From Myxococcota bacterium (lineage in GTDB: Bacteria; Myxococcota_A; Polyangia; Polyangiales; Houyiibacteriaceae): DNA of 64,000 bases. Position numbers and translations under genes: made by a program. This document shows, piece after piece, positions 41,526-50,961 of this stretch. The first letter of the stretch is position 1; each line of letters starts with the position of its first letter. A model generated the notes under the pieces. It made no database searches. It had not been told where the DNA came from and saw only the letters and a list, made by a program, of their open reading frames with translations. The stretch covers positions 32,001 through 96,000 of the forward strand of contig JBCCEA010000005.1 in NCBI GenBank assembly GCA_039030515.1. The letters run 5' to 3'.

Positions 41526-43754
41526 ATGGCTGAAGCGCCGATCGAACGATTCAAGACACGCGTCCAACTGTTCACCGGCAAGGGTGGCGTGGGAAAGTCT
41601 ACGCTCACAGCCGCAGTGGCGTTGGCCCTCCGCGAACGCGGTCTTCGGCCGCTTATTGTCGAGCTCGGCCACCGAGCTTCGATGGAGACGATTTTAGGCA
41701 AAGGGCCGATTGGCCACCGACCCGTTGAAGTAAGCCCTGGCGTATTTGCGTCCAACGTCGACCCTCGATTGGCGGTAGACGAATTCATACGAGATCAAAT
41801 ACCGGTCAAAGCCTTGGTATCGAGAGTCTTGCGAAGCCGAACCCTCGACCGATTCTTTGCAGCGGCCCCCGCGGTTACCGAAGTCGCGACGCTGCACTAT
41901 CTTGAGAAGCTGGCCAATCTGCGCCGTCCGGACGGTTCGCCTACCTACTCGACCATTCTGGTTGACCTCGACGCAACCGGACACGCCCTGATGTTTTTGG
42001 GGCTCCCGGCGGTCTTCCACAACATCGCAGACCAGGGGCCTTTGCGTACCCTGCTCGATCGAACCACCGCCCTTCTCACCGACCCACTACGAACTCACTT
42101 ACATCTCGTCACTTTGCCGACTGAGCTTGCGGTCGAAGAGACCATGCAGCTTTACCGTGCCTTGTCGCCTCGTCGTTCCTCGCTGCCCGCCCGCGCCACC
42201 AAACTCGCGTCAGTCGATGCTCCCGTTCAACTAGGGCATGTCGTGCTCAATCAAATGCCCGAGTCTCCGTTCATGCATGCCCTGCCTCAGGAAGCAGGAC
42301 CTATCGGGATCGCACCTTCGGAAACGACCGAAGGAAGAGACACGCTGCACGTCCGCGCCCACCGTCGATTCCAAAACGCAACCCACCTGAAGCAGCGGTT
42401 GGAAGCTGAGCTGGGAGTGAACTGCCTTGAGATACCGGAACTCGATTACGCACCGGTCGGCGAACAGCTGAACCTGCTGCGCGACCATTTGCTCGGTCGT
42501 TCGATGCCGCGCACGCGTACGCTATCCGAGGCGCCCGCATCCGGCGCGCATTTCTCGGCAAAAGATCTCGATCACGAACCCGCGCTCGATCAGCTCATTC
42601 AATCGAACCGGCTCGTCGTCTGCGTGGGCCCAGGCGGAGTGGGCAAGACGACCACAGCCGCCGCTTTGGCACTCCGCGCCAGTCGTCAGGGCCTCAAGGT
42701 GCTCGTCCTCACGATCGACCCGGCAAGACGACTGGCAGACGCACTCGGTCTAGACGGGCTGGACGACGCCATCCATCGGGTGCCCGCCGAGGGGAACGGT
42801 GCACTCTACGCAGCGATGCTCGATACCAAGCGGAGCTACGATTCGCTCATCAAACGCATCGCCCGAGACGAACGATCGCGACGTCAAATATTCGACAACC
42901 GAGTCTACCAAGCTTTTTCCAAGACTTTGGCGAGGTCCCATGCCTACGTGGCGATGGAGCGGCTCTACGATGTCGTCGAGGATGGCGACTTCGATTTGGT
43001 AGTGCTCGACACTCCGCCGACGCGCTCCGCACTGGATATTTTGGACGCTCCCGGGCGGCTCTCAGGATTTTTGCAAGGACGAGTCGTTCGCTGGTTCCTG
43101 AAACCATCCTCAGGACTGGGCGCCGGAAGGGCCATCATCGAACTGCTGGGTCTCGTTATCGGGGATACGGTCGTCGAGCATTTGGTTTCGTTCTTTGACG
43201 CCCTGTCCCATCTTCGCCTCGGTTTTGAGACGCGAGCCAACCGAGTCAAAGCTATTCTCGAGGAGTCGACCACTGCGTTTGTGCTGGTCACGGCTCCCGA
43301 AACCACGTCCTTGAGCGACGCCCGGTATCTCCGGGAAGGTCTGCGAGGCAGAGGCATCCGGCTCCAGGCCGTGGTGTTCAACCGAGCCTATCAAACGGAA
43401 CCAGGCACCCGGGAACCGGTAAAAGCTACGTCCATCGCACACGGCGGAACAACCAGCCGCCGGAGCAAAGTGGTGCTGAAGAACGATCGACTCTTTCGCG
43501 CCATGAGAGAGTTCCTCAAGGCCACCGCTCCGGAACGCGTCATCCTGGTACCCGAACTTGAAAACGACGTCCGTTCCGTGAAGGGCCTGGAGCAATTTTG
43601 GCAGCGTACACATGAGGCTTCCAGACCCCCGCTACAGAAACCGGGAGCACAACAAATCGGGCCCGTGAAGGCAAAGCCACCGGAGCCGAAAGGGACGCTC
43701 GAGTACGACCGACTGGCGGCCCCTACACGACGTGATAAGCCGGAGCCGTCATGA
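41526..43754 (+). CDS. Tandem-fused ArsA/GET3-like ATPase
   Basis: Two Walker A motifs (GKGGVGKS; GPGGVGKT), 'DLDATGH', 'TIDPARRLA', 'DTPP'. Confidence 0.88.
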   Translation: MAEAPIERFKTRVQLFTGKGGVGKSTLTAAVALALRERGLRPLIVELGHRASMETILGKGPIGHRPVEVSPGVFASNVDPRLAVDEFIRDQIPVKALVSRVLRSRTLDRFFAAAPAVTEVATLHYLEKLANLRRPDGSPTYSTILVDLDATGHALMFLGLPAVFHNIADQGPLRTLLDRTTALLTDPLRTHLHLVTLPTELAVEETMQLYRALSPRRSSLPARATKLASVDAPVQLGHVVLNQMPESPFMHALPQEAGPIGIAPSETTEGRDTLHVRAHRRFQNATHLKQRLEAELGVNCLEIPELDYAPVGEQLNLLRDHLLGRSMPRTRTLSEAPASGAHFSAKDLDHEPALDQLIQSNRLVVCVGPGGVGKTTTAAALALRASRQGLKVLVLTIDPARRLADALGLDGLDDAIHRVPAEGNGALYAAMLDTKRSYDSLIKRIARDERSRRQIFDNRVYQAFSKTLARSHAYVAMERLYDVVEDGDFDLVVLDTPPTRSALDILDAPGRLSGFLQGRVVRWFLKPSSGLGAGRAIIELLGLVIGDTVVEHLVSFFDALSHLRLGFETRANRVKAILEESTTAFVLVTAPETTSLSDARYLREGLRGRGIRLQAVVFNRAYQTEPGTREPVKATSIAHGGTTSRRSKVVLKNDRLFRAMREFLKATAPERVILVPELENDVRSVKGLEQFWQRTHEASRPPLQKPGAQQIGPVKAKPPEPKGTLEYDRLAAPTRRDKPEPS

Positions 43755-45574
43755 AGCCCGCGTCCAGAGAAAAACTAAGAAATATTGCGATTATCGCACA
43801 CGTCGATCACGGCAAGACCACCCTTGTCGACGCCATGCTGCAGCAGTCTGGCGTATTTCGCGCGAACGAAGCCGTCTCAGAGCGGGTGATGGACAACAAC
43901 GACTTGGAACGGGAACGTGGGATCACGATCTTGGCCAAGCATTGCTCGGTTTCCTGGCAAGGCCACCGGATCAACATCATCGACACGCCGGGGCACGCCG
44001 ACTTCGGCGGCGAGGTGGAGCGCACCCTTCGCATGGCAGATGGAGCCCTGCTCCTTGTAGATGCAGCAGAAGGCCCGCTACCCCAAACCCGTTTCGTGCT
44101 CGGCAAAGCGCTGGGCCTGGGTATGCCGATCATCGTGGTCGTCAACAAGATCGACCGGCAAGACGCCCGCCCCGACGAAGCACTCACCGAAGTGTTCGAC
44201 TTATTCTGCGACCTTGAAGCGAGCGACGAGCAGAGCGACTTCCCCACCGTCTTTGCTATCGGCAAGGACGGTATTGCAACCAAGGACCTGGCCACGCCGG
44301 GCCAAAACCTCACCCCGCTCTTTGAGACGATCATCGCAGAGGTCCCCCCGCCCAAGGACGATCCAAATCAGCCCTTCCGGATGCTGGTTCACAACACAGA
44401 GCACGACGAGTACGTCGGCCGACTGGCGATCGGACGCATTGCAAGCGGCACCCTGAAAGAGCAGATGCCAGTCCGTTTGCTGACCGAGACTCAGGATCTG
44501 CCGGCAAAAGTTGCAAACCTCTGGGGTTTTGAAGCACTCAATCGCGTCAAGATGGAAGCTGCTGAAGCAGGTGACATCATTGCCATTTCGGGGATGAACG
44601 ATGTGCAGATCGGGGACACGATCGCCTCTCCCGAACGCCCGGAGGCGCTGCCTCGCATTCGAGTCGAGGAACCGACGATCAAGATTCGATTTTGCGTCAA
44701 CACGTCACCCATGGCGGGACTCAGCGGAAAATGGGTCACTTCGCGACATTTGCGGGATCGGCTTTTCAAGGAGGCCAATCGAAACATCGCTCTTAGGGTT
44801 TCAGAGACCGAAGATGCAGATGTCTTTATGGTGCTCGGGCGGGGCGAGCTGATGCTGGCCATCCTCGCGGAAACAATGCGGCGAGAGGGCTACGAGCTCG
44901 CGATGGGCATGCCAGAAGTCGTAGTGCGCGAAGTTGATGGGGAAAAATGTGAACCCTGGGAAAAGGTTGTGGTCGATGTGCCGGAAGAGTTCGTCGGCGC
45001 GGTAAGCACGAGCCTTGGAGAACGCCGGGGTCAAATGACCAAAATGAGCAACTTGGGATTTGGTCGGGCACGTATCGAGTTTCAGATACCCTCGCGCAGC
45101 CTGATCGGCTACCGCAGTCAGTTTCTCACGGAGACCCGGGGCACTGGGCTACTCAACACACTATTCGATAGCTGGCAGCCTTGGGGCGGCACCATGCTCC
45201 GGCGCAAGAACGGCGCCATCGTCTCCGACCGAGCCGGCAAAACCACTCCCTACGCGTTGTTCAACCTACAACCGCGCGGGGTGCTCTTTGTCGGTTCCGG
45301 AACGCCAGTCTACGAAGGAATGGTCATCGGCGAGCACAATCGCGCCACAGACCTCGACGTCAACTGCACCCGCGAGAAAAAACTGACCAATATTCGTGCG
45401 GCCGGCAAAGACGAAAACGTTGCGATTTCCACACCGAAGGCGTTGACCATCGAGGGAGGACTCGAGTTTATCGACCGAGACGAACTACTCGAGGTCACTC
45501 CAGGCGCAATCCGAGTCCGGAAGAAAACCCTGGACACCAAGAGAAGGCCTCGACGGGACGCCGATGTAGTCTAG
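43751..45574 (+). CDS. typA: Translational GTPase TypA/BipA
   Basis: 'RNIAIIAHVDHGKTTLVD', 'ERERGITIL', 'DTPGHADFGGEVER', 'GRGEL', 'KKLTNIRA'. Confidence 0.98.
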   Translation: MKPASREKLRNIAIIAHVDHGKTTLVDAMLQQSGVFRANEAVSERVMDNNDLERERGITILAKHCSVSWQGHRINIIDTPGHADFGGEVERTLRMADGALLLVDAAEGPLPQTRFVLGKALGLGMPIIVVVNKIDRQDARPDEALTEVFDLFCDLEASDEQSDFPTVFAIGKDGIATKDLATPGQNLTPLFETIIAEVPPPKDDPNQPFRMLVHNTEHDEYVGRLAIGRIASGTLKEQMPVRLLTETQDLPAKVANLWGFEALNRVKMEAAEAGDIIAISGMNDVQIGDTIASPERPEALPRIRVEEPTIKIRFCVNTSPMAGLSGKWVTSRHLRDRLFKEANRNIALRVSETEDADVFMVLGRGELMLAILAETMRREGYELAMGMPEVVVREVDGEKCEPWEKVVVDVPEEFVGAVSTSLGERRGQMTKMSNLGFGRARIEFQIPSRSLIGYRSQFLTETRGTGLLNTLFDSWQPWGGTMLRRKNGAIVSDRAGKTTPYALFNLQPRGVLFVGSGTPVYEGMVIGEHNRATDLDVNCTREKKLTNIRAAGKDENVAISTPKALTIEGGLEFIDRDELLEVTPGAIRVRKKTLDTKRRPRRDADVV

Positions 45575-45612
45575 GGAGCGCTCCCTTTAGACTCTACGAG
45601 CGAACAGGCCCT

Positions 45613-45927
45613 ATGCAGCACCGAATCTCCCACTCACTCTCGCTTGAGCTGGCCCGTAAAGCGACCGACGCCGCGCTTCAAGCCTATCAGGCCCGTTTTT
45701 CAGAGTATGCTCCGAAAGCCACATGGACGTCGGAACAAGTCGCTGAGATCGAGTTCAAAATTAAGGGGTTCACCCTCAAGGGCACGCTGACGCTAGAGGC
45801 TACAGCCATCGTGATCGAGCTGAATGTACCCTTTGCTTTTCGACCTTTTCGCAAACAGGCACTTCAGGTCATCGAACGTGAGATCGCATCCTGGATCGCA
45901 AAGGCAGAAGCCGGCGATCTCAACTAG
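45613..45927 (+). CDS. Polyhydroxyalkanoic-acid-system (PHA granule region) family protein
   Basis: 104 aa, 'MQHRISHSLSLELAR...VPFAFRPFR...IERE'. Confidence 0.65.
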   Translation: MQHRISHSLSLELARKATDAALQAYQARFSEYAPKATWTSEQVAEIEFKIKGFTLKGTLTLEATAIVIELNVPFAFRPFRKQALQVIEREIASWIAKAEAGDLN

Positions 45928-46121
45928 ATAGCTTCTTAGTTCGACGTAGCAGCGCTCGACTCGAATGCGGGTCCTTTCCCGCGTTTCACCAGCCTGTAGC
46001 GCTGGATGTCCAGCCCAAGACCGCATCACGGGAAGCGATTCGAGCACTTCGGATAAGTCCGGGAGTTCGGGGTTCTTGAGGAATTCCCTAGTTCAGCAAA
46101 ATTCACGAGCCATCGAACAGC

Positions 46122-46154
46122 TGTCCACTTTTTATATAGACAGCATATCGACAG
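46122..46154 (+). promoter_or_regulatory. Candidate CarH/CarA operator
   Basis: Tandem 11-bp repeats tataTagACAg (46133-46143) and cataTcgACAg (46144-46154), plus inverted TGTCCA at 46122; fits the nnnnTnnACAn pattern. Confidence 0.65.
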
Positions 46155-46183
46155 ATGCAGTGCGAGGCCCTAGGCTCGTGGTA

Positions 46184-46609
46184 ATGGACAAAACCATTCC
46201 GGCGGACGAATCGTGCGAAGGAGCCCACCGCGTCGAGGTGTTTTTTGACGGTGACTGCCCGTTGTGCATGCGAGAAATCAGGCTGCTCCGGCGCTTAGAC
46301 CGGGAAAATCGAATACGGTTTACCGATATTGCAGCCGCGGATTTCGACCCTTCGAGCTACGGGAAGACGCAGGCAGAATTCATGGCTCAGATCCAGGGAC
46401 GTCTGCACAGCGGTGCTTGGATCCAGGGAGTCGAAGTGTTTCGAGCACTCTATTCCGAAGTCGGATTCAAGACTCTTGTTCAGTGCAGCCGGGCCCCGGT
46501 TGTTCGACAGATTTTGGAATCATCCTACCGGTGGTTTGCAAAACACAGGTTGCGCATCACGGGAAGATGCTCCGCAGAAACATGCAGCGTATCGGACGCG
46601 GAGGCTTGA
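46184..46609 (+). CDS. DCC-family (DUF393) thiol-disulfide oxidoreductase-like protein
   Basis: 'FFDGDCPLC', 'YRWFAKHR'. Confidence 0.88.
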   Translation: MDKTIPADESCEGAHRVEVFFDGDCPLCMREIRLLRRLDRENRIRFTDIAAADFDPSSYGKTQAEFMAQIQGRLHSGAWIQGVEVFRALYSEVGFKTLVQCSRAPVVRQILESSYRWFAKHRLRITGRCSAETCSVSDAEA

Positions 46610-46613
46610 GAAG

Positions 46614-47513
46614 ATGGCAGGACTTAACGACGGTATTTATCCGATGCGAGCCGTGACCCGGATGACCGGTTTGTCAGCGGATACCATCAGGGTTTGGGAA
46701 CGTCGCCATTGCGCGGTGCATCCACAGCGCACGGCCGGCAACGCGCGTCGGTATACCGCGGATCAAGTCCGAAGACTGATCTTGCTGCAGGAGGCGACAT
46801 CTCGGGGACACGCCATCGGCGACTTGGCGACACTCAACGACGAAGCCTTGAGATCGCTCGCTTCGGGAAACTCCCCCGCCGTAGAGCAGCCCGCGCCACG
46901 ACATCCAGTTGTCGACGAGTACTTAGAAGCAGCGGCCGCGTTTCAGAGCCGGCGCGCGGCGGATGTTCTACATCGCACGGCAGTATTGCTTCCCCCGGGC
47001 GATATGGTGTTTCGAGTGCTGGTGCCGGTTTTACACGAGGTCGGAGGACGCTGGGAAACCGGAGAATTTACGGTAGCCCACGAACATATGGTCTCCAACC
47101 ACGTCAAAGCATTGCTTGCATCGATGGTGCGATTGATTCGAGTCGACGGCAGCGCGCCTAGAATCGTCATCGCCACGCCTCCGGGTCACCATCATGAATT
47201 TGGCTCACTGATCGGCGCGTTCATCGCCGCAAGCCGGAATATCGAGCCGGTGTATCTCGGAGCCAATCTACCCTGGGAAGACCTCACCGAATGCTGCAGG
47301 AGCGTCCGGCCGCGTGCTGTACTGCTGTCCGTTGTCTTAGACTCCGGGAACGATCAAAAAGACATAGTCGGAGAAGAGCTGCGCAAACTCAGTGAAGTCA
47401 CTCCGGTCTGGCTTGGGCTGCCAAAGTCCCATCCTCTCTCGAGTGAAGATATACCGATACGCAAATTTCACGATTTTGAACGGTTCGACACCGCCCTCAA
47501 TGCCGAACTGTAA
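46614..47513 (+). CDS. carH: CarH/CarA/LitR-type MerR regulator with B12-binding domain
   Basis: MerR HTH 'TIRVWERRH...RRY', W-x9-EH ('RWETGEFTVAHEH'), 'HHEFG', 'YLGANLP'. Confidence 0.85.
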   Translation: MAGLNDGIYPMRAVTRMTGLSADTIRVWERRHCAVHPQRTAGNARRYTADQVRRLILLQEATSRGHAIGDLATLNDEALRSLASGNSPAVEQPAPRHPVVDEYLEAAAAFQSRRAADVLHRTAVLLPPGDMVFRVLVPVLHEVGGRWETGEFTVAHEHMVSNHVKALLASMVRLIRVDGSAPRIVIATPPGHHHEFGSLIGAFIAASRNIEPVYLGANLPWEDLTECCRSVRPRAVLLSVVLDSGNDQKDIVGEELRKLSEVTPVWLGLPKSHPLSSEDIPIRKFHDFERFDTALNAEL

Positions 47514-47589
47514 AGAGCCAAACTCTAAAGATACGTAAAAAACTCGATTTCTATCCAACACGCTCAAACGCGGCGCTATCGGAGTCATC

Positions 47590-48081
47590 ATGATCGAATT
47601 CCGATCCAGTGTATCGACCACGTTGTCGGCTCAAACAGTATTTGACGAAATCGCTGATTTCAGAAACCTGCCAAAATGGGATCCCGGCATCGTCGAATGC
47701 GAAGCCTTGGGTATTGGCGACCCGCGTAAGCTGGGCGGGGAATACCTAGTGACGGCGCGTTTTATGGGCTCGACCCAACGACTGCGCTACCGAGTTACCC
47801 ATTGGGATCCTCCAAAATGCGCGGTGATGAGCTGCAAAACACTATTTTTTCAGGGAGTTGATTCGATAACCGTCGAGGGAGACGCTTCGAACGGCTGCAC
47901 GCTTACCTACCATGCTCAGTTCCGATTTCCCCTCGGCGCTATTGTAGAGCCGTTTCTAAGACCTGTGTTTGAGCGGCTGGGCAACAAGGCGATCGATGGA
48001 CTCAAGAACCACTTCAAGCGACGTGAAATGGATACATCCAGAGTAGCTGCAAACAAAGGTACTGTTGCTGCAGCCCACTGA
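47590..48081 (+). CDS. SRPBCC/polyketide cyclase-family protein
   Basis: 'VFDEIADFRNLPKWDPG'. Confidence 0.8.
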   Translation: MIEFRSSVSTTLSAQTVFDEIADFRNLPKWDPGIVECEALGIGDPRKLGGEYLVTARFMGSTQRLRYRVTHWDPPKCAVMSCKTLFFQGVDSITVEGDASNGCTLTYHAQFRFPLGAIVEPFLRPVFERLGNKAIDGLKNHFKRREMDTSRVAANKGTVAAAH

Positions 48082-48120
48082 CGACTGATTGGCAGTGTGA
48101 ATGAAACCCTGGTCCCAATC

Positions 48121-48576
48121 TCAATTGTGAGGGCTATCGGCTGTTTGTATCGGAACGCCCATGTCGAGCTCAATTCGGTGTACCGCCGGCTCTTTGACGA
48201 TGCGAAGCGCCTGAAGTCGGTCCATGGGAGCAGCCCACAGGAAACGCTCGATGCGACGCAGGCCCAACTTGCGGTAACGCTCCAGTTCCTCCAACTCAGG
48301 GTCTCGATGCAGCACTGCGCGTATATACACCTTTTCGTCCCATGCGCCGTCGAGCCACAACCAGACGTCGTGGTGTATTTTACGTTGTTCCCACGGGCTA
48401 AGCACGTTCTGCCATCCGGCAATCTCGGAGGGAGTGTCTGAGGCGGCTCGAGGATTACTGCTTGCCGAGGAGCTACCGCAGGCAGTGAGTGCAACGACGG
48501 CACACCAAATCCACAAAGGAACGCAAAGGTAGATGGGCAAGCGAGTTGTCTGCAAGGCCTTGCTTGAGTACAGCAT
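48121..48576 (-). CDS. Hypothetical lipoprotein, paralogue of the next gene
   Basis: Lipobox 'LTAC'; shares GWQ..LS.W..RK.H...WLWLDG and EPAV with 48734-49207. Confidence 0.7.
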   Translation of the reverse strand: MLYSSKALQTTRLPIYLCVPLWIWCAVVALTACGSSSASSNPRAASDTPSEIAGWQNVLSPWEQRKIHHDVWLWLDGAWDEKVYIRAVLHRDPELEELERYRKLGLRRIERFLWAAPMDRLQALRIVKEPAVHRIELDMGVPIQTADSPHN

Positions 48577-48733
48577 GCGTTCTTCCCGAGTTCTTGTCCT
48601 AGCTAAGTCACTCGCCCTTGCAAATCAAGGTTCCTCTAAAGTTTCACTTCACCGATCTAACTTGAGCACGCCGGTACTGTGGGTCGGGTCGAGAGTTCCC
48701 ATGCGTTTGGGGCTTATGCGACTCAAGCTGCGA

Positions 48734-49207
48734 TTACATCCCGGAGGATGCGCCTTTGCCTACGACTGAAGTCGCAGTGCTAAACACGGAATCGATTTCT
48801 ACGTGTCTCACAGCTGGTTCCTGAACCAAGCGAAGTAAACGGATGCGATCGACCTCTGCAGTCCATTGATAGGGCCCAGACGAGGCCATACCCAAGGACT
48901 CGTAGCGTTCCACTTCAGCATCAGCCGGCTCACGATGAAGCGAGGCACGAATACGTATTGTGTCGCTTTGGCGTACCCCGTCGAGCCAGAGCCAAAGCTT
49001 CAGATGGACTTTTCGACGCTGCCACTGGCTCAGTATCCCCTGCCATCCAGTGCCTACTTCGTCAGCACCTAATTCTTCGGATGCCTGCTGCTCCGAAAGA
49101 TAGGAAGGATGCTCCACGGCATTTAGAGTTGTTGTCGTGCTGCTGCATGCAGCGAGCCCGATACATAGAAAAGGGGCTTTAAGACAATTGCTCTCGAAAC
49201 GCATCAT
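48734..49207 (-). CDS. Hypothetical lipoprotein, paralogue of the previous gene
   Basis: Lipobox 'LAAC'; same shared motifs. Confidence 0.7.
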   Translation of the reverse strand: MMRFESNCLKAPFLCIGLAACSSTTTTLNAVEHPSYLSEQQASEELGADEVGTGWQGILSQWQRRKVHLKLWLWLDGVRQSDTIRIRASLHREPADAEVERYESLGMASSGPYQWTAEVDRIRLLRLVQEPAVRHVEIDSVFSTATSVVGKGASSGM

Positions 49208-49637
49208 GTCCTCCGAGCATTCGACACCACTGGGTTGGTCGGAGAAAACCTGACCACCGCAGTCGCTATGCCTTTGGATGAATCGATCACTGCAAAACCA
49301 CGCGATGTGCGCCTTGGCAATCTGTATGCCGCAACGAAAAACAGGTACCGAAGCGCCAAAAAAGCGGACCTAAGTCTCATAGAGCGCGAATTAGTGATGG
49401 AGACGGTCTTTTTCCGACCTCACAGGTGGCTTCTATATTAGCCGCTCAATTCGAGACAAAATCTGACGTTGTCGGTCCTTACACCCCTATATCCATGTTG
49501 CTTCAGAACATTCTTTGGACTTCAAGCAACAACCTTCACTCTACCTCCGTACATCTCATCGATTGAGACACGTCACCGTCACCGTCGTCACGGGAACGAA
49601 AAAAAACACCCCGTTTGGCTCACGAGGCGTCAAGTGG

Positions 49638-50540
49638 CTAATGTCGTGACCGGATGGCATCTGCCATGGCCAAGAGGGACCTTGCGGACTCAACGTGCAG
49701 GTTCTCGATGAGCTTGCCGTCTACCGTCACCACGCCCTTGCCCTGACGCAGTGCCTCTCGATGGGCATCGATCACCTTCTGAGCCAAAGCGATCGCTTCG
49801 TCAGCAGGCGCAAACGCTTTGTTCGCCGGACCGATCTGTTTTGGGTGGATCAAGGTCTTGCCATCAAACCCCAGTTCAGCGCCTTGCTCGCAACTGAATA
49901 CAAATCCGGCTTCGTCTTCTAAATCGAGATGGACTCCATCGAGCGCGGCGATACCGACAGAGCGCGCAGCCAACAACACGAGGCCCAAAGAAGGCAATAA
50001 GGGGGTTCTTGCATGGGTGTGAGCACAACCCAGATCTTTGGCCAGATCACTGGTACCCAGAACGAATCCCCCGATCCTCGGCGTGGCTTCCGCGATCTGG
50101 GCAGCTTGGAGCACACCGCGTGGCGTCTCGATCATGCACCACAAACGGAGCGTGTCGGATGCTCCGGCGTCAGAGAGAATCGAAGCAGACTTTCGAACCT
50201 CGTCCGCACTTTCCACTTTGGGCAGCAAAACCACGTCTGCGCCGGAAGCCGCGGCGACCTTGAGATCAGCCACCCCCCATGGGGTGTCTCTTCCGTTGAC
50301 GCGAATGATCAGCTCTCGATGTCCGTAGCCACCCTGCTTCACAGCTTCGACCACTTGTGCTCTAGCTTGCTCTTTCTGATCCGGAGCAACAGAGTCTTCT
50401 AGATCCATGATCAGCGCATCCGCATCCAGGCTACGCCCCTTGGTCAGGGATCGGGCATTGCTTCCCGGCATGTAGAGGACGCTGCGACGAGGTCTTGATG
50501 CAACACGCATGCATTTCGAATAACGCAGAACGGCAGACAT
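49638..50540 (-). CDS. CitE-like CoA-ester lyase (malyl-/citryl-CoA lyase or thioesterase family)
   Basis: 'RRSVLYMPG', 'DLEDSV', 'IRVN', 'MIETP', 'GFDGKTLIHPKQ'. Confidence 0.9.
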   Translation of the reverse strand: MSAVLRYSKCMRVASRPRRSVLYMPGSNARSLTKGRSLDADALIMDLEDSVAPDQKEQARAQVVEAVKQGGYGHRELIIRVNGRDTPWGVADLKVAAASGADVVLLPKVESADEVRKSASILSDAGASDTLRLWCMIETPRGVLQAAQIAEATPRIGGFVLGTSDLAKDLGCAHTHARTPLLPSLGLVLLAARSVGIAALDGVHLDLEDEAGFVFSCEQGAELGFDGKTLIHPKQIGPANKAFAPADEAIALAQKVIDAHREALRQGKGVVTVDGKLIENLHVESARSLLAMADAIRSRH

Positions 50541-50961
50541 GACCGGGTCCCCGCATGAGTTCCATCACTGAGACATTCTCAGCGTTACTTGTGAATTCAT
50601 CTCCGTTACGGAAACCTTGGTACGCGCCGCTGGGGCATGTCGACTCCACGATTGCTCGCTCCAAGAGCACCACCTCGCGCAAAACAAGAGCAGCAGGCTT
50701 CGCGACCCACGTCTTGACCCTCTATTCAGGGCAGATGTCTCGCTATGGTCGATAAATGCGGGGGTAGAAGACCGAGCTTCGTGCTATCTCTCACATCGAA
50801 CATCACGCATTGGGCAGTTCCGCTGATCTTTGATGTGTTGTCTCTCAAAGCGCTCTACTGCCTCAACTACCCCACTGTTTAGCGTACTCAATCGATGGGC
50901 CTCTCACGCGGGCCCTCGAAATACCCCGTCAAAGCAACCTCTTGACCGAAGCTACCTCGCG

